From the NCBI GenBank assembly GCA_964057225.1, contig OZ059900.1:12710001-12774000 (forward strand): DNA of 64,000 nt, read 5' to 3'. Below are positions 43,292 to 60,400 of the stretch, piece after piece. The stretch is from Auanema rhodensis. Its lineage: Eukaryota; Animalia; Nematoda. Position numbers and translations under genes: made by a program. The notes under the pieces were generated by a model. It had not been told where the DNA came from. It was given only the letters and a program-made list of their open reading frames with translations, and did no database searches. Position 1 is the first letter of the stretch; the number at the start of each line of letters is the position of its first letter.

Positions 43292-45951
43292 TTAAACAGA
43301 CCCTTTGCATGGACCATAACGATTATTGAAGGTTTGTTGCCTTAGAACACTTTGTAAAGTTCTCCACCGACAAAAAAGCATTTCTTTCATAGGTGAGCGC
43401 AAATCACTATTATACTTACAATAGATTGCTGGATTCAAGGCACTGAAATAAATAGTACTTGCTGAATCTTATAAATAATGGAAGATGCACCTGTTTGAAT
43501 AGCCAAGCCAGAGAGCAAGTGAATCAAGCCATGGCTCAATTTTTATGAAGAAGCAAGATTTTATTATAGCAAAACAAAAAAAAGGAAACCAGCAGATAAT
43601 AAATGTGCTCATAATTACCAATAGAGTTTTACGAGCTTTTGAACCATGTTTTTTTGTTCCATTGATCTTAAATTAGGGATAAAATAATAATAGGCGAAAA
43701 TAAGTGTTCGATTTTTAATTAATTCAAAATATTTATGAACTCTCTAAATTTAAATGTATACTAACCTTTTTTAGAGCAATTATTTGATTTTTGTTATTCA
43801 CGCATGTTTCTGCTATTTGCGTTGATCCTTGATCTAGCTGTAGGTTGGGTGAGCTAGATTTTGATAGAATTTTCACTTTATCTTCCCGTAAGTGCACATT
43901 AACTCGATTAAGATCGAGCCAATAATTTTCTTGACGTGCTACGCGTTTTGCCGATTTCCAAATCTTGATGTAAAGAACTACCATTATACATGTAGGTCCG
44001 TAGAATGCAATAATTGTTGCATAGATCTGATATGCAATATGTTGGGTAACCTAAAAAATAATTACTAGCATCTAATCACTAGCTTAATTTACCTGACACG
44101 TATTTGATTGACTGTAAACTGTATCAGGAATAATTGTTGTCATGATATGTGACGATATGCTTACGAACGCTGCTATAGTCCATACGATCAAAATATAAAG
44201 AAATATTCGGCAGTTAGTTCGTCGTGTAACATAATGTAATGGTCTAGAAATTACTAAATAACGATCGACGGATATGGCGCATATATTGACAATAGAAGCT
44301 GTGCATAGAAATAAGTCGGCAGTTAAATACAGTTTACACATGTATCTGAAATTTAAAATATTGTATTATATTCCAAACATATTTCGATTTATCAATAAAT
44401 TCTGTTTCATCAGATATAAAAAGTTGATTAAATGCTCGTTATTTATGTATAAATCCCTTTTATTTCTATATTTTTTTTCACAAACTCTTCTAACATGTGT
44501 CAAAAAAGCTTTTGCGAGAAAAGTCCAGCTATTTCTTTTTATTATAACTGCTTTCAGAATGCTATGTAAACGAATTTGAAATTGTGAGCGATATTGCTTT
44601 ATAGCAGTGTTTCTGCTATTTTGGTATCACAAAACATGATCAAGTCAAATTACGGAAAGCAACCATAAACACAAACAGAAAAAATCAGTGCTTGATACCA
44701 ACAACACAACTGTACACAACTCTTTTTTTTCTCTTTTTTTTTCTTTTTTTTTATCTTCTTCTTCTCTCGTTGTCTTTCTCTCTCTTCTTTTCACTCTCTT
44801 CTTCTCTATCTCTCTCTCTCTCCCTCTCTCTCTCAAGTTTTCTTTTTTTCTCTGAAAGTCTCTTGTTCTTTTTATCGTTTTATTCTCTCCCTTTCTCTCT
44901 ATACATATAGATTCTAAAAAGCAAAGTAATCGTGAACAGATGTCTGTCCCTAACTGAAAAAGTTCTCATAGTGTTTTACTCGCGTTTCAGGTTTACATCC
45001 AGAATATATCCCCTTTTTTTTCGTTTTTGTCTTTTTCTTTAATTATGCTATTCAGAGAAAATGACTGGAATAAACATATATCAATGCTATACTAAACAAG
45101 AAAACAATATGTTTTTTACTTCAATCGTAATTGTAATTTTCTTTGTAGTACTCTGAACTATTGAAAAATTTCAATACTTTTTCGTATGACGAATATCAAA
45201 CTAAAGATAAATACTTTTCCCAAATCTCGCTATTCTGCATAAGAATATTTCACTATGCTCACTTTCTCAGATTTTTATTTCACTTAAAGATGAAAATAAC
45301 AAAGATATTTATTATTATATTTTTCGAGCTTATCTCCTACATTCCTCATTATTTTTCAAGACACCTTCTTTCTTTTTAACGACCTCAAATTCAATACGGT
45401 AACAATAATGGAGTTTAACAAAGCTGTATTTTTTTAGATTTTTAAATGGATTATCTTAACTACTTTTGATTTTGAAAATAGCCTACTTACGGTCCTAATG
45501 GCCATTTCTCAAAAATGAGATCAATTAGAGCTAATGGCATGACGACTAATCCTACCAAAGCATCAGCAACGGCTAGAGAAACCAAAAGAAAATTTGCTGG
45601 TTGTTGTAGTTTTGGTACTTTGATTATAGCAATACAAACAAAAATATTTCCTATTACTGTCATCAGAATAATACTTGGTAAAACAATCGCTTCCAAGACC
45701 TGTAACCAATTTAATAAACGCTGGTAGAATAGAGTTAAAAAGGGAATATTGCTATTCAAACTCAAACGCAAAAATACTTATTTTCATTTTTTCGTAAATG
45801 CACTTTTAAAATGTGAAGATTCAAAACGTACTTTGATGAATATTGGATGTATTTTTTTCCATGAAGAATAATCGGCTGTTGACATGTCGATTTTGCTAGA
45901 TGTAGACCAAATATTTATAACGTAATCGGTATCAGAAAAAATGGGATCCAT
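43292..45951 (-). CDS. ser-7: Serotonin 5-HT7-like GPCR
   Basis: LAVAD, TM3 ADLFLCTASI...DRY, VSISSHI, YQIYATIIAFYGP, KIWKSAKR, WFPFF, LNPAIYCKYN, and C-tail TLQSVLRQQTFNNRYGP resembling nematode SER-7. Confidence 0.8.
44721..44860. repeat. Polypyrimidine/(CT)n low-complexity tract in a ser-7 intron
   Basis: Directly visible. Confidence 0.85.
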
Positions 45952-47008
45952 TTAGTGACCTTTCTAAGAAACAAATGGTAAAGTTGAAAAGTAAGACAAC
46001 CAGCTACCGCTGTTTTTTGTCTATAAACGAAGCTTCCGGGATGGTGAAAAGGCGGAGCCTATAAAAGCACTGCTGTCAAACTGGATTATAGGGTAGATAA
46101 AAAATAAAAAAATATATGTGATTGTATATATATATATATATACTTTGTAATCGTATAGTGTGAGAAAATGAAAAAAAGATTGACGTTTTTTTAAAAAAAA
46201 GTACATCCAAGTAACGTTGAGAGTTACTAGGCTACAGAAGAGGCATTAGTCTTAGATATAATTACCATATATTTTCTTTTTGTTTCATATTTTATATATC
46301 TACATGAATCTAGAAAATGACATAAAAAAGTTGACGTGCATAGAAAGAAGTAATGAAAGATATTTATTTGAGAAATAAGATGTATTATTCTTTTCGAAAA
46401 ATTTAAATAAGCATGTTTTATGCATAAACTAGAAGCTTGATCAAGAATTGAATTAAAACCAAATGAAAGATAATACTTTGACAGAATATCCTGCACTTAA
46501 ATTCACTCTCTTTCCCGTAATAGGACACCAAGCTCTCTCAGAGAATGGAAATGACAAACACCAATATTTCAAAAAATTCTTGAATTTTGAACCTCCCAAA
46601 AACGGAGAGATGAGCAATTGCTGAGTTCAGCTATTTGATTTTATTCTCAGTAAAATATTTTAACACCCAATCTGTTGAAAATCTAAGTTATAAGCAAAGA
46701 AAATAAAGAAACAGATAAAAAACAATTAAAGTATTATCTAAGATATCTAGCTGAGTATATATTTTATCTTACAAAGAGTAGAACCTGCATCGAAAATGAG
46801 AAAATTAATGTGGAATCTATTTGCCCATCCATCATCTTACCATATGTTGGAGCATTAAAATGTTCTTGCAAAACTTATATTTGCCTGAAATCCAGCATGA
46901 TCTTATTATTCTTGCAAAAATATAAACTGCATTGCTATTCGATTCTATTCAGTGATTTATCTGCATGTCAGTGGGTATTATTTTCATATAAAGCCTAACA
47001 GTATCAGA

Positions 47009-48675
47009 ATGGAGCTGAGTTGGCTTAATGGATTTGCCACAACTTTTAGCATTTTTTCTATAATTTTTGTAAGTTTTTTTTAAAACGCTAATTTAGATTA
47101 TAATCTTCTTTAACTATCGTTGAAAATTTGTAAAATACACTTAATTTAAGATAAGAATTTTAATAATATCTGACAGATATGATAACTATATATTTATAAA
47201 TAGATATAGATATAGATATCGATTATATATAATAAGTTTATTCCAAATTTTAATATTATAGATAATTATAATTGGTAATTGCATTGTTATCTGGACCATT
47301 TTGAAAGATCAGAGATTAAGGCAACAACACCAATATTGGATAGTAATCTCATTAGCGTTTGCTGATCTTTCTGTTGGATTAATTGTTATGCCAATGTCTT
47401 TGTTTTATGAGTTGTGCGAAAAGTGGATGTTAGGTTTGATTTTTTAAAGCTGTTCATCCTTTTTTTCAACTTAATACGTTTGAAAACGACTGGTTTAGGC
47501 CTAGTGCTTTGTGAAATTTGGTTAGCTCTTGATGTCTTATTTGTGACATCCTCCAATCTGCATATCTGTGCGATTGCTGTTCATAGATTCTGCTCAATGA
47601 AATTTCCAGTTACATACACAACAATGCCGCAAAATAAAGTGATGGCTGCAACAATTGGTGAGCTACACGCTGAATGATAATAGTTCTTTTTTTAAAATTT
47701 CAAATGAAAAAAAAATCGTATGTAAATATATTTCAGTGCTCTCATGGCTAGTTTCGGTTCTCATTTCCGTACCTCCTTTAATTGGATGGAGACATAAACA
47801 AAAATACCAAGAATGTGTGATAAGCTCCGAATTAGGTACTTTTTAAAAACATTTTTTCTTCAAACCGATAGCAGAGATAATATATATATATATATATTAA
47901 AGTTATTAAAAGTTATTCTAATTTTTCGAAATTGTGGATTAAATTATTTCAAATTTATGTACTTAGTTGTTTAATAAATTTATATATCTGTAAAAATATT
48001 TATTAAGTCGATTAAATGGCTTAATTGTTTTTAAATTTATAGAATTTATTATTTAAGGTTATGTATTGTATTCTGCTAGTGGTTCATTCTTCATACCAAT
48101 CGCTATTATTCTTTTTGTTTACTGGCGTATTCATCTTTTTACCGATCAGTATTCTAGAAGACGTTTGCGTGAAAGTTATCGATGTACACGAGTATTAGAG
48201 CAATCTCAACGCTATGGTATTAAAAACAAAAAAAAATTAACTTTTGCCATATTTCAGTAGGCGTAGAAAGCAATTGTCACCAACAACAGCTCACTCGCGA
48301 TAAATATCATCAGAAATTGAGAGCAAAAGAACGCCAGGCAACACTATTGATTGGAATTATTCTGGTTGGATTCATAGCACTCTGGCTTCCATTTTTTGTA
48401 AGCTTTCAACAAAAGCGAAATAAAACGTGGCTTTGGTATCATATTTTATTTTAAGACATGTTACGTAATTGGTGCTATGGGGTTCGCTTTACCAGAATTC
48501 ATCTTTCAGCCGATTTTTTGGCTTGGATATTGTGAGATCAAAACTTAGAAACTTTTGATTATTTATAAGCATTATTTCAGTTAATTCAGGAATAAATCCA
48601 GTAATCTATGCTGTATTTAGTCCAGACTTTCAGCAGGCTTTCAATCGTCAATTTAAAAATATCTTACCTTTATGA
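47009..48675 (+). CDS. octr-1: Octopamine (alpha2-adrenergic-like) GPCR, divergent, about 320 aa
   Basis: [70 protein letters not shown]. The DRY position reads HRF. Confidence 0.7.
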
Positions 48676-51224
48676 AAAGGAATATTTATTGTATTAGTTC
48701 ATAAAATGTTTCATCAGAAAACTACTTATATCATAATGCAAAATAAAGAAAACCTCCAGTTTTATTTGTAACAAGTTCTGTTATTACAAAGTTTTTTAAA
48801 TAGGAAAAGCTGTGTATATCATAATCAGTGCACTATATTTATGAATATTCGAATGATTGAAAGTATTCGCATAAACCCAAATGTAGAATTTAGCGTTCAT
48901 TGGTCATTGCGTGAAAACAGGTCTTAAACAGCAATACATTGAAGAAAGAAAAGCAATGACAAATATAAAAAGTTTCTTTCTCAGATTATTCAAAGATTTT
49001 CTCTTCTTTTTGATGTTAAAAGGCTTAAAACAAAATTTATTCAAGTTGGGGGGTGAAACATAAAGAGTGCACTATATTGTTTGCTTCAACATTTAAAATT
49101 GTTTCAAATTATGGTTTTAAAAAAGGTTGCAAGCAAAAAAATTTAAGTAGCATTAGTTTTTTTCCAAGATTGTCGTTCTTAATTTAATGAAAATAGTAAT
49201 AATTCTGAAAAAAAATCATAGATGAACATGATTTCAGAGTTTTATATTAGCAATGGTCAAGTGTTTAATTAGTTATTACAACCGTATCTCTACAAATTTG
49301 TGACAGTCTTTTGATTTCGGAAACGAAACTGGAACAAGACGTTGCGCAACAAACTCACTTTCTAATATTAAGATAGAAACAGGATTGGTTAGTGTTTTCG
49401 ACGAAAACGCAGATAAGCAAAAGCCTACACTTCGCACAAGTAAGCACTTTCACTGCCTTTAGATTGAACATAATCTTTCAATGCAGTGTCCATGTCTTGC
49501 CAACAACTTTGTTCTATTTACAATCAATCAGTTATTCTGTAATAATACAATCTCGGATGTTATTTTTCATATATTACTGTGATTATACTTTGCCGAATTC
49601 AAGCATTTTTATTGTTTTTTTTACTCCTTGTTTAGCTTATACATCTGTAATTGTTTTCGAGTATTTGATATTAGATAAAAGTAAAATCTAAAAGATGAAT
49701 AACTATCTTTCAACACTGCCAAACATCCATCAAGTGCATCTTCAATTACATGAGCATTCAATTGACATTATCTTGACAAGGCTATATATTGAATTCGCTT
49801 AACTCAATTTCGAAATGTACACCGAATTCAGTAGTTTTTCTTTCTGTCTCATTTTATTTTTCAAAACTTTTTAATCCAATTTGGTGTCAACATAATTATG
49901 AAAAACGTTACCATAGTTTGTTGATAAATGCATTCTGTTTGTCTTATTCGAAAAAACTCAACAATTACTTTTTTGAAACTCAACAACTCTCTTCTTTTAC
50001 ATAAAATGTCAAAAGTTTAGGTTATTAAAAATGTGTTAATATGATACATTACATGATAACAGGGTGTATTGAATTACATGTTCTTTAATTGCTTGACCTA
50101 TTCTTTTAATAAGCATAACAGAGATGATTTATTTATACATTATAATTGTTATAACAGTTTTAATATCTTATACTATGTGTTAATATTCTAAAATTTTTTT
50201 TTCATATTCGCAAAAGATCTGGTTTTTTTAGTGAAAAAAATATGCTTATATATATTTAAATTTATTTCACTGTCCATGCTTCTGCTATAGCCACAAAATA
50301 CTTAGAAGTAACTTGTTGTTTATTCCTTTCAACTTTGATAGCGTGACATTTTCTTGCATAAATTAAAAAGATGAAGTATGTTCAATACGAATGGATACTG
50401 TAACAGCATGAATGCTATAAATGCCTTTTATTATAAGCAATTATTATTATCTGCATGTAACAGCTGTCCATCATCTCGTCAGCACTAGCAGTTGGTCCTA
50501 TATTTTTTCTTTGAGTTTTTTTAATATTATGTATTAAGTATTATCAAATTTGTGTTTAATTTGAAATTCCTTTTCTTCAAAACTCTCATTCAAATTTCAA
50601 CTTTTGATTTCATGATACCTATCAGTGAGAATAGAGTAAAATGAACTCTTTTTTAAGCAGCCATTCAACAACTCTTGTTATTTAGCTGATTTAGAAAACG
50701 TTCATATTGCAACATTTTTTTTTGCTTCAGAAAAACTATGGAGAAGAATTTCAGATTTCTTATAGAAATGCATTATCAAGATAATTTTGTTTTTTCATTT
50801 AGGGGGAAGAAATACCTATCAATATCCGGAAATGTGCATGTCTCAACGTCTAAGTTATATATGTCAATATCCATTATCTTTTTGTTGAATTGCATGCATG
50901 AAACCATTAAGATCTCAAGCCATTAGACTGATTCTTTATACATTCGCAATACTTTTTACCTGAATAACGGATGTAGCACATTATGAGTATCCATTAGCCG
51001 TTTTCACTTATGATGATAATAATGACTTAGAAACGCAATTCTTGCCATCTTAGAAAGGGAGAGAGTTAGGCGAAATGACATCTGGACCTTTTAGCATATT
51101 TACCGGGCAGAGTGTATATTAGCTTGAAAAGATTATGCAAAACAGACGCTGGCAGGAAGGGATATAGTCAAAGAAAGCTATAACATATAAAGAGTTGTTA
51201 ATGCGGGCATAGTTAGATAGTCTA

Positions 51225-51335
51225 CACAAGAGAACAGTGAGAGAGAACGAGAGAAAGAGAAAGAAAGAGAAAAAGCAAAAAGAGTACTAATAAGAGAGAG
51301 AGAGAGAGAAAGAGAGGGAGGAGAAGAAAAAGAAT
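51225..51335. repeat. (GA)n purine-rich tract upstream of egl-13
   Basis: Directly visible; possible GAGA-type promoter element. Confidence 0.8.
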
Positions 51336-51985
51336 AATGTTGTGTAGAGAACCAAACTTATTATGAGAACGATCGGAGACTAGCACACTTAAAAAGGTGT
51401 AGATGTAGAAAAATAGAATCAACATTTTCTCGTATGTGCTACCGTAGTTCATAACAAACTCACATGCAAATGTAGTTTACTCGGGTTTTCTATGAAATCG
51501 TCTTTACTATAATTAACATATTTTATATTGTTAATACTACTGTTAAATCTCATTTAATGTGTTATATCTTTTTTATTTTCAAATCAGTATAGGATACATT
51601 ACAAATATTTTTGAGACGAATTGTCTCCTATTTGAAATATAGCAATTTGACTCGATGATATGTTATTGATATCTGCTCTCATAAAGAAATTTGAATCCAC
51701 CTTACATTATTTATTTTTCCAGTAGCATCTTTCTTACTTACTGATTTTAAACTAAATATTTCTTATGGCATTCTACTCTTTTCTTCCATATAACTTGAAG
51801 ATGCATTTTTATCAATTTGAAATATTATTTTCAACATAGCACAGTAATAACAATGATTTCAATGTTATAGAGATTCTCGTTATGCTGAAATAGTTTTATA
51901 GTACTGATTGATTTCAAATGCAACTTTTAGGTGACTAGTGCCCGTTTGCTTCTTTATCGTATTGTTACTTATTTCCTTCCAATTT

Positions 51986-54362
<2,377 letters not shown>

Positions 54363-57300
54363 TGTTATAATAAACGAGAAGCAGCTGGTACCAATTGCTG
54401 GTGGGAACGAAACATGACACACCGCAAGCTTTTCAAATTTGTGTAAAGAATTACCTAATTATATTTTACATATACCTAACCTCAAAAAAGTTGAAGTAGA
54501 ACACCTCCTCAAAAAAGTATTTCATTCCTTCATATTTAATCTCATTATTACATACTATTAATTATTATTATATAACGCTATTTATTTATATGAATTTGAG
54601 AGAAAACTGAATATTTCAATGTACTTCGTTAATTCAGCATTGTATAATGTATTTATAACAATAACAAAACGCACAATGTTAAAATTACCGCATAATATAT
54701 GAGAATCAATTAATTATAAGATATTGCAATATTACAACGAAATGAAATGAAATAAGGTGAAAAAAGTTTTGATTTTTAAAATAATTTCTAAAAGTAATTA
54801 GTTAAAATGAGACAGCAAAGAAAAAACAATAATCGTTCTTCAGTTGTTTGGAATATCACTCTTCAAAAAGAAAGAGTTCTTTCAATTCTTTGATCTATTT
54901 ATTTAAATCTAACTTAAACTATTTTTTGAACAAGAATAACGTATGAAATGAGTGTAATTCAAGCATTCTCAATGAATTTCATATTTCCATTCATTTCACT
55001 GATTTGAAAAGCATCCAAAAACGTTAGACACAGTAGGGAAAAATTATCTGGTACCAGAATGAAATCTGATACTACTGATAAAATTCTCTCACACTCCTGG
55101 AAGCAAATACAGCTAATCTTTTGTTTAAATTCCACTAAAAGATTTATTGATTTAAACTACGATTCTAATTATTTTTAACTAAAAATTTTAATATGCAGTT
55201 ATGTACTATGATCGTAATTGCAACATCACCGAATAATTGCAATTGTGAGCAATACTTTCTTGTGGTAGTATGAATTCGTACAGCAATTATCTAAATCAAG
55301 CTGATTCTTTAATCGTTTGTTTGTAATTAGCTGGATTTACGCATCCTTTTATTTGGAATATTATATGTAATGCTTCTCAATATTTCAAAAGGCACCAACT
55401 GCAATTTTCAGCTTTATTAAATTCCCTTTTCGGTTTTATCTCAGATACTTTCACTAAAGCTCAATTATTATTTTTATTTAATTGATACTTGGAGACAGTG
55501 AATGTTTCAATATTTTGATCACATTTATAACTCTTTGAAATATCTAGATAGATCGTTTTCATAGTTTTAGGTTGTTGAAACCATTGTGTATTAACCAGCT
55601 GATACATAGTTCATACTTGTCTTAACCGTTGTTGATAAGTAGTTTATTTTGAAACGTTTTTCTCAATCTCACGGTGAAAACAATTTTAGTATCTATACAA
55701 ATAAATATTAAGAATAACTGTCAGCAACATCAATGATTTGAATCTATATCCATTTTTTATATGTCTCTGTTGCGAAGTTAAAGTGATATTATTATTAATT
55801 TAGTTCGAGGATAAGTTTTTTAGTATTTCATTTGTTTAACGTTTCACTTCAACATGTATTTGAAATCAAAATTAAGTGCAAGTATAGAGTTGATAGATTT
55901 CAAGCTTTAAGTAACTCCATAAGATCTCAAGCGTCATCTACACAACAAAAAAAGCTTATACTGAAAGCATTAGTATTTTTCAGTGGCCATTCTTTACAAT
56001 TTGTCTCTCTCTTTGACCAATAATCTATCAATTCCGTTTTCTTCATGCTGGGCTGTGTTGTCGCAAATTGGGTTTCAATTGAAGATCAAAGACAGATGAA
56101 AATGATGTTAAGTTAGAATAGAGGACGTACAAGTGAGTAAGAAGTTGTGAGTAGCTTCATTTCATTTTGTGACTTATGTCGCCAGCTAATCTTAGATAAC
56201 CTTCCTTGTCTCTTCTTCTTTAAAAGTTATTGATTCCTAACTGGAATAGAGGCAACTTATTCTTTCACATTAGCCGAATTTTACGGATTTGATTTAAGTT
56301 ATGCTCTAATGGCAATTACCCAAATTATCTGTAAAAATATTGGGAGTGATCAAAAGCATTTTTTGATTCATACTATGCTCAGTACATTATAGCTATCACT
56401 TGTTTGATTTTGATATATTTTTTGAATTTTAGAATAAAGGTGTAAAAATGAACCTATCTCTCCAAATGCAAAGCATTCACTATTATGTAATTATGCAAAT
56501 TTAAGCTTCTATCATAGAAGCAGATTTCCATTTTTTGCACTCCCATTTGAAGAAATTTCTTGAACATAATTAAAAATCATTACAAAAATGAATGTTCAAA
56601 AGAGAATAACTTAATTATGGAAAAATAAGATTTTTTCAAATAGATAAACCAAATTCATTTATTTATTTCAACAGAATGATTTATGATAATATTATTAAAG
56701 AAACAAAATGTCACCTCTTATACTCTATTCACTAACTATTTCTATATATCAAAACGCCTTTCTTATCTTATATAAAGTTTTCAACTCCTACATATAAATT
56801 TTCGGTTCTGCATCTCTCCCGTACATAACATTTCGTCTCCACTTATTCTTCATCTTCATCTGCTTTCACATACCCGTCTAACCTCATCTACTCATCTTAA
56901 CCCCGTGGCATATCCTCCGGCCTTCCCACAATTGACATACCATGATCGTATTAGCTTCAATGTGATTTGCGCTGGGTGCTTCCTTCCAGTTCATCTGTTC
57001 GCCCTCAACACGTTGCAAAACTTAAATTTAGTCAATTTCTTTGTGTTCGCTATAACAAACTTTATTTTCTTATATGTTGTGTCTTAAACAATTTGCATGC
57101 TCAAGTGTTTCCAGTATCGACATTTGATATTCAGGCACATCAACTTGTGAAGGAAAATGAGCATAACAACCCATTTTGAAAACAGAGCAGGTCATTGATC
57201 GGAATTTCTTATAACTTGACATTGAGAGAAAATCCCTCACACAAAATACATTCTATATATATATATTTATATATATATAATTATTTATTTATATAGCATC

Positions 57301-57487
57301 TATATTTATATTTTCTCCAAAGTCATTTTTAAGAAAAAAGAAAACTGTACTGAATATTCTGATTATCCGCTTTCTTGCTTGCATTAACGGTTGAGGCTGC
57401 TTGCTTGTTTCTCACTTTAAGACAGATTCGTGCTTCCACACAAAGAAAAACAGAAAAGATAAAAATCAGGGAAAGATTGGCTATGCC

Positions 57488-60400
57488 ATGCCGACAACTT
57501 GCGGATTTCCGAATTGTAAATTTCGATCAAGGTATCGTGGGCAAGAAGATAATAGACACTTTTACCGTATTCCCAAACGACCTCATATATTACGTCAGAG
57601 CTGGCTACAAGCTATTGGAAGAACCGAAGAGACAGTTGTATCACAGGTGCAGTTTACCAGAAATTCTTTGGAAATCGTGTTTTTTAAACTGTGGCTTTTT
57701 GCTTATAGCTTTGCATGGCAGTTCAACTTTCTATTTCAATTAATATTTTTTTAAACATGAAGAGCCTATTTTCATTATATTATTGGCAGTTTTTATAGTT
57801 GAGAATATGTTCGGCTCATTTCATGGGAGGCGAAAAAAAAGAAGGAGATGTACCTGTTCCTGATCCAACAGTGCGAAATCATATTGAAGAAATACTATGC
57901 TGTTAATTTTATTTTTTAGATTGATAAACAAATAAACATCGAACTTCCACCAAAGGAAAGCAAAAACTCCGAAAGACGCCGAGCTAAATGTAGGTTATGA
58001 AAAATGTTCTGTTTAATTGTTTTCATAAGATAACATAAAATTCCGTTCTATTGATTAGCTTCGTTTCTCGAAAAACCTATATGCGTATTCAAAATAATTA
58101 GCCTAATCTATGGCAGCTGCTCTCCTATGTCTGATTTGCTGTTGCCTTTCCACCGCTTAATGCAGTACAATTAAAGCGCCATATTATTCTGAAGTTGATA
58201 TGCTTAGAGTAGTCTCAGTTATTCATGGATCTCGAGGTTGCTGCGAAAAGAGTGAACTCACATTGGATCTCAATGAAAGTGGAGCCATCCCTATGTAATA
58301 GGGGTCAATTCAATTGACGTTCATGATATTCATAGCACATAAAGTCATTTAGACAGCAATATCTTTCCAAGCAGTCTTCTTGAAAACACATTCACTCAAC
58401 GAAATTGGAGCGGTTGAGCAAATGAGTTTTGACATGAGACCGTTCAAAGAATGATTATAATAAAAATATCTCTCAGTTTTTTCCTCTCATACGAGTGAAC
58501 ATGCATGCAAAATAACAAATCGTATACAAATTAGAATTCAATCAAAAGGTACATAGATTTGTTTTTATATTCCAAATTTCATAACATATCTTCAAAAATA
58601 AGCCTAATTTAAATCTATTAGGATCAGATAAGATAATTTTTGATTTAATATCTCTATTCTTTAACACGAACTCAGAAATAAATTGTATATACTGCTTGCT
58701 TCAGAAGAATTGCAATATTTAATTATATATCTTTGTTTTCGAGTTGTGGTTAGAACAGGAAAATAACAAAAAAAAAGATTGAAGTTTTTATAGATGTTTC
58801 TTTGATTAAAGTATAAAACTTTTAAAATATAATCTTCATAATAATTATTACAATATGATATCATAGCTTACCGCATAGTAAAATAGTGTTTTTCGATTTC
58901 AATTAAAAAATTCTTTATTCTGCACTTTAACTACAAGAAATAATGATAAGCAATATTATTTTAGCTATATCGGACGTTTTGAATCGGTTAGCACGCAACA
59001 ACTACTATGTTCCTAGTTAGTTTTTTATCACTCTATGAACAAAAAATTAATAGATTTTCTCTAAAATTCTACGAATCTTGTTTATTTTACAGTTTTTTTT
59101 CAGATATGCCAAATATTCTTAAAAATTTGGGTGCATCTAAGAAACAACATAATAACTGTGGACCTCTGGTGAACATCGATGGTCTTGCCATAATAGCTGT
59201 AATTGGTGCAGAACAATCGATAGTTGAAGAATCTGTTCTTCAGAATTCACGAATAAAGTTCAATAAACAAACCGTAAGATATTCCATAGGAACAAAAATT
59301 TATAAAAATTTAAGTGGGGTCATTTGCGAGTTCAGGCGTTTAATTTTCAATCAGATATTGATATATCTGAAGAGGTAAACGATTATGCGTTGATTTACTT
59401 CATTTTAAATGTTAATATTCAAGGTTATTGAACAAACTTCGGCTATTATCTTAATCTCTGAGGGGCCATTTCGTCTCACACGTGAGACTATCCAAAAGTT
59501 CAAAAATCTTCAAATTGTGGTAAAAACAAATCAAAAATATGATAACATCGATGTGAGCGCTGCAACTGAAAAGGGTATGTTTTATCAGCTCTATGAAATA
59601 TATTCTGTACTCATAACGTTATTAATGGTTTCTATTTCACATTCTCATAGAATTTTAAAATTTCGAATCATACCATAAGATAAAAAAAAGTAATGAGAAG
59701 GATTTTAGGTATTCTTGTATCTACAGTATCAATAGATTCTACAAATGAAATAGCAGACACCACTATGACTATGATACTAGAGTTGAACCGTCGCGTAATG
59801 TATTTCAATAATAGAATGCAAAGAGGGGAGAAGGTAAACACTGTTTTAAAATCATAATTTTTCCTATCGTTGCGTATCTTTTTCTAATTATGTTCAAACA
59901 CTGTTATAGAAACCTTGGGTCTTGTGTATTTGTCAATAAACAGTACATCTTTTTAGGTTTTAACGTATGAACACCTGGGTAGAATAGGATATGGCATGAG
60001 ACCTTTGCAAGGACAACAACTTGGACTAATAGGCTTTAACAGAATTTCATTAGCTGTGGCCCAAAGAGCTAGATGTTTTGGAATAAACGTTGTGTATTGG
60101 GACCCGTATGAGAAGGATACAAAAGAAATAACTAGGTATTCACCAGTTACCATTATATGTTTATATTATTTTAAACGGATAGCCCTCATGTTTATTACAA
60201 CTTGGAATATTACAGAATATCTGTATTAACTGATTTGTTCGAGACATGTGATATAATATCTCTTCATTGCGGGCTTGATGCAGCAACTAAATTTATAATC
60301 AACAACAATAATCTCGAACATTGTAAGCTGGGTGCGATTATTATTAATACCAGCCACGGTCAACTGATAAATGAGGTAGCTTTTAAAACTATTTTAACAA

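Noticed and set aside
54800-56300. Possible decayed gene or retroelement between egl-13 and ctbp-1 (similar impression at 3600-4000)
   Set aside because: All inspected frames are interrupted and show no recognisable motif; a translated search would be needed.
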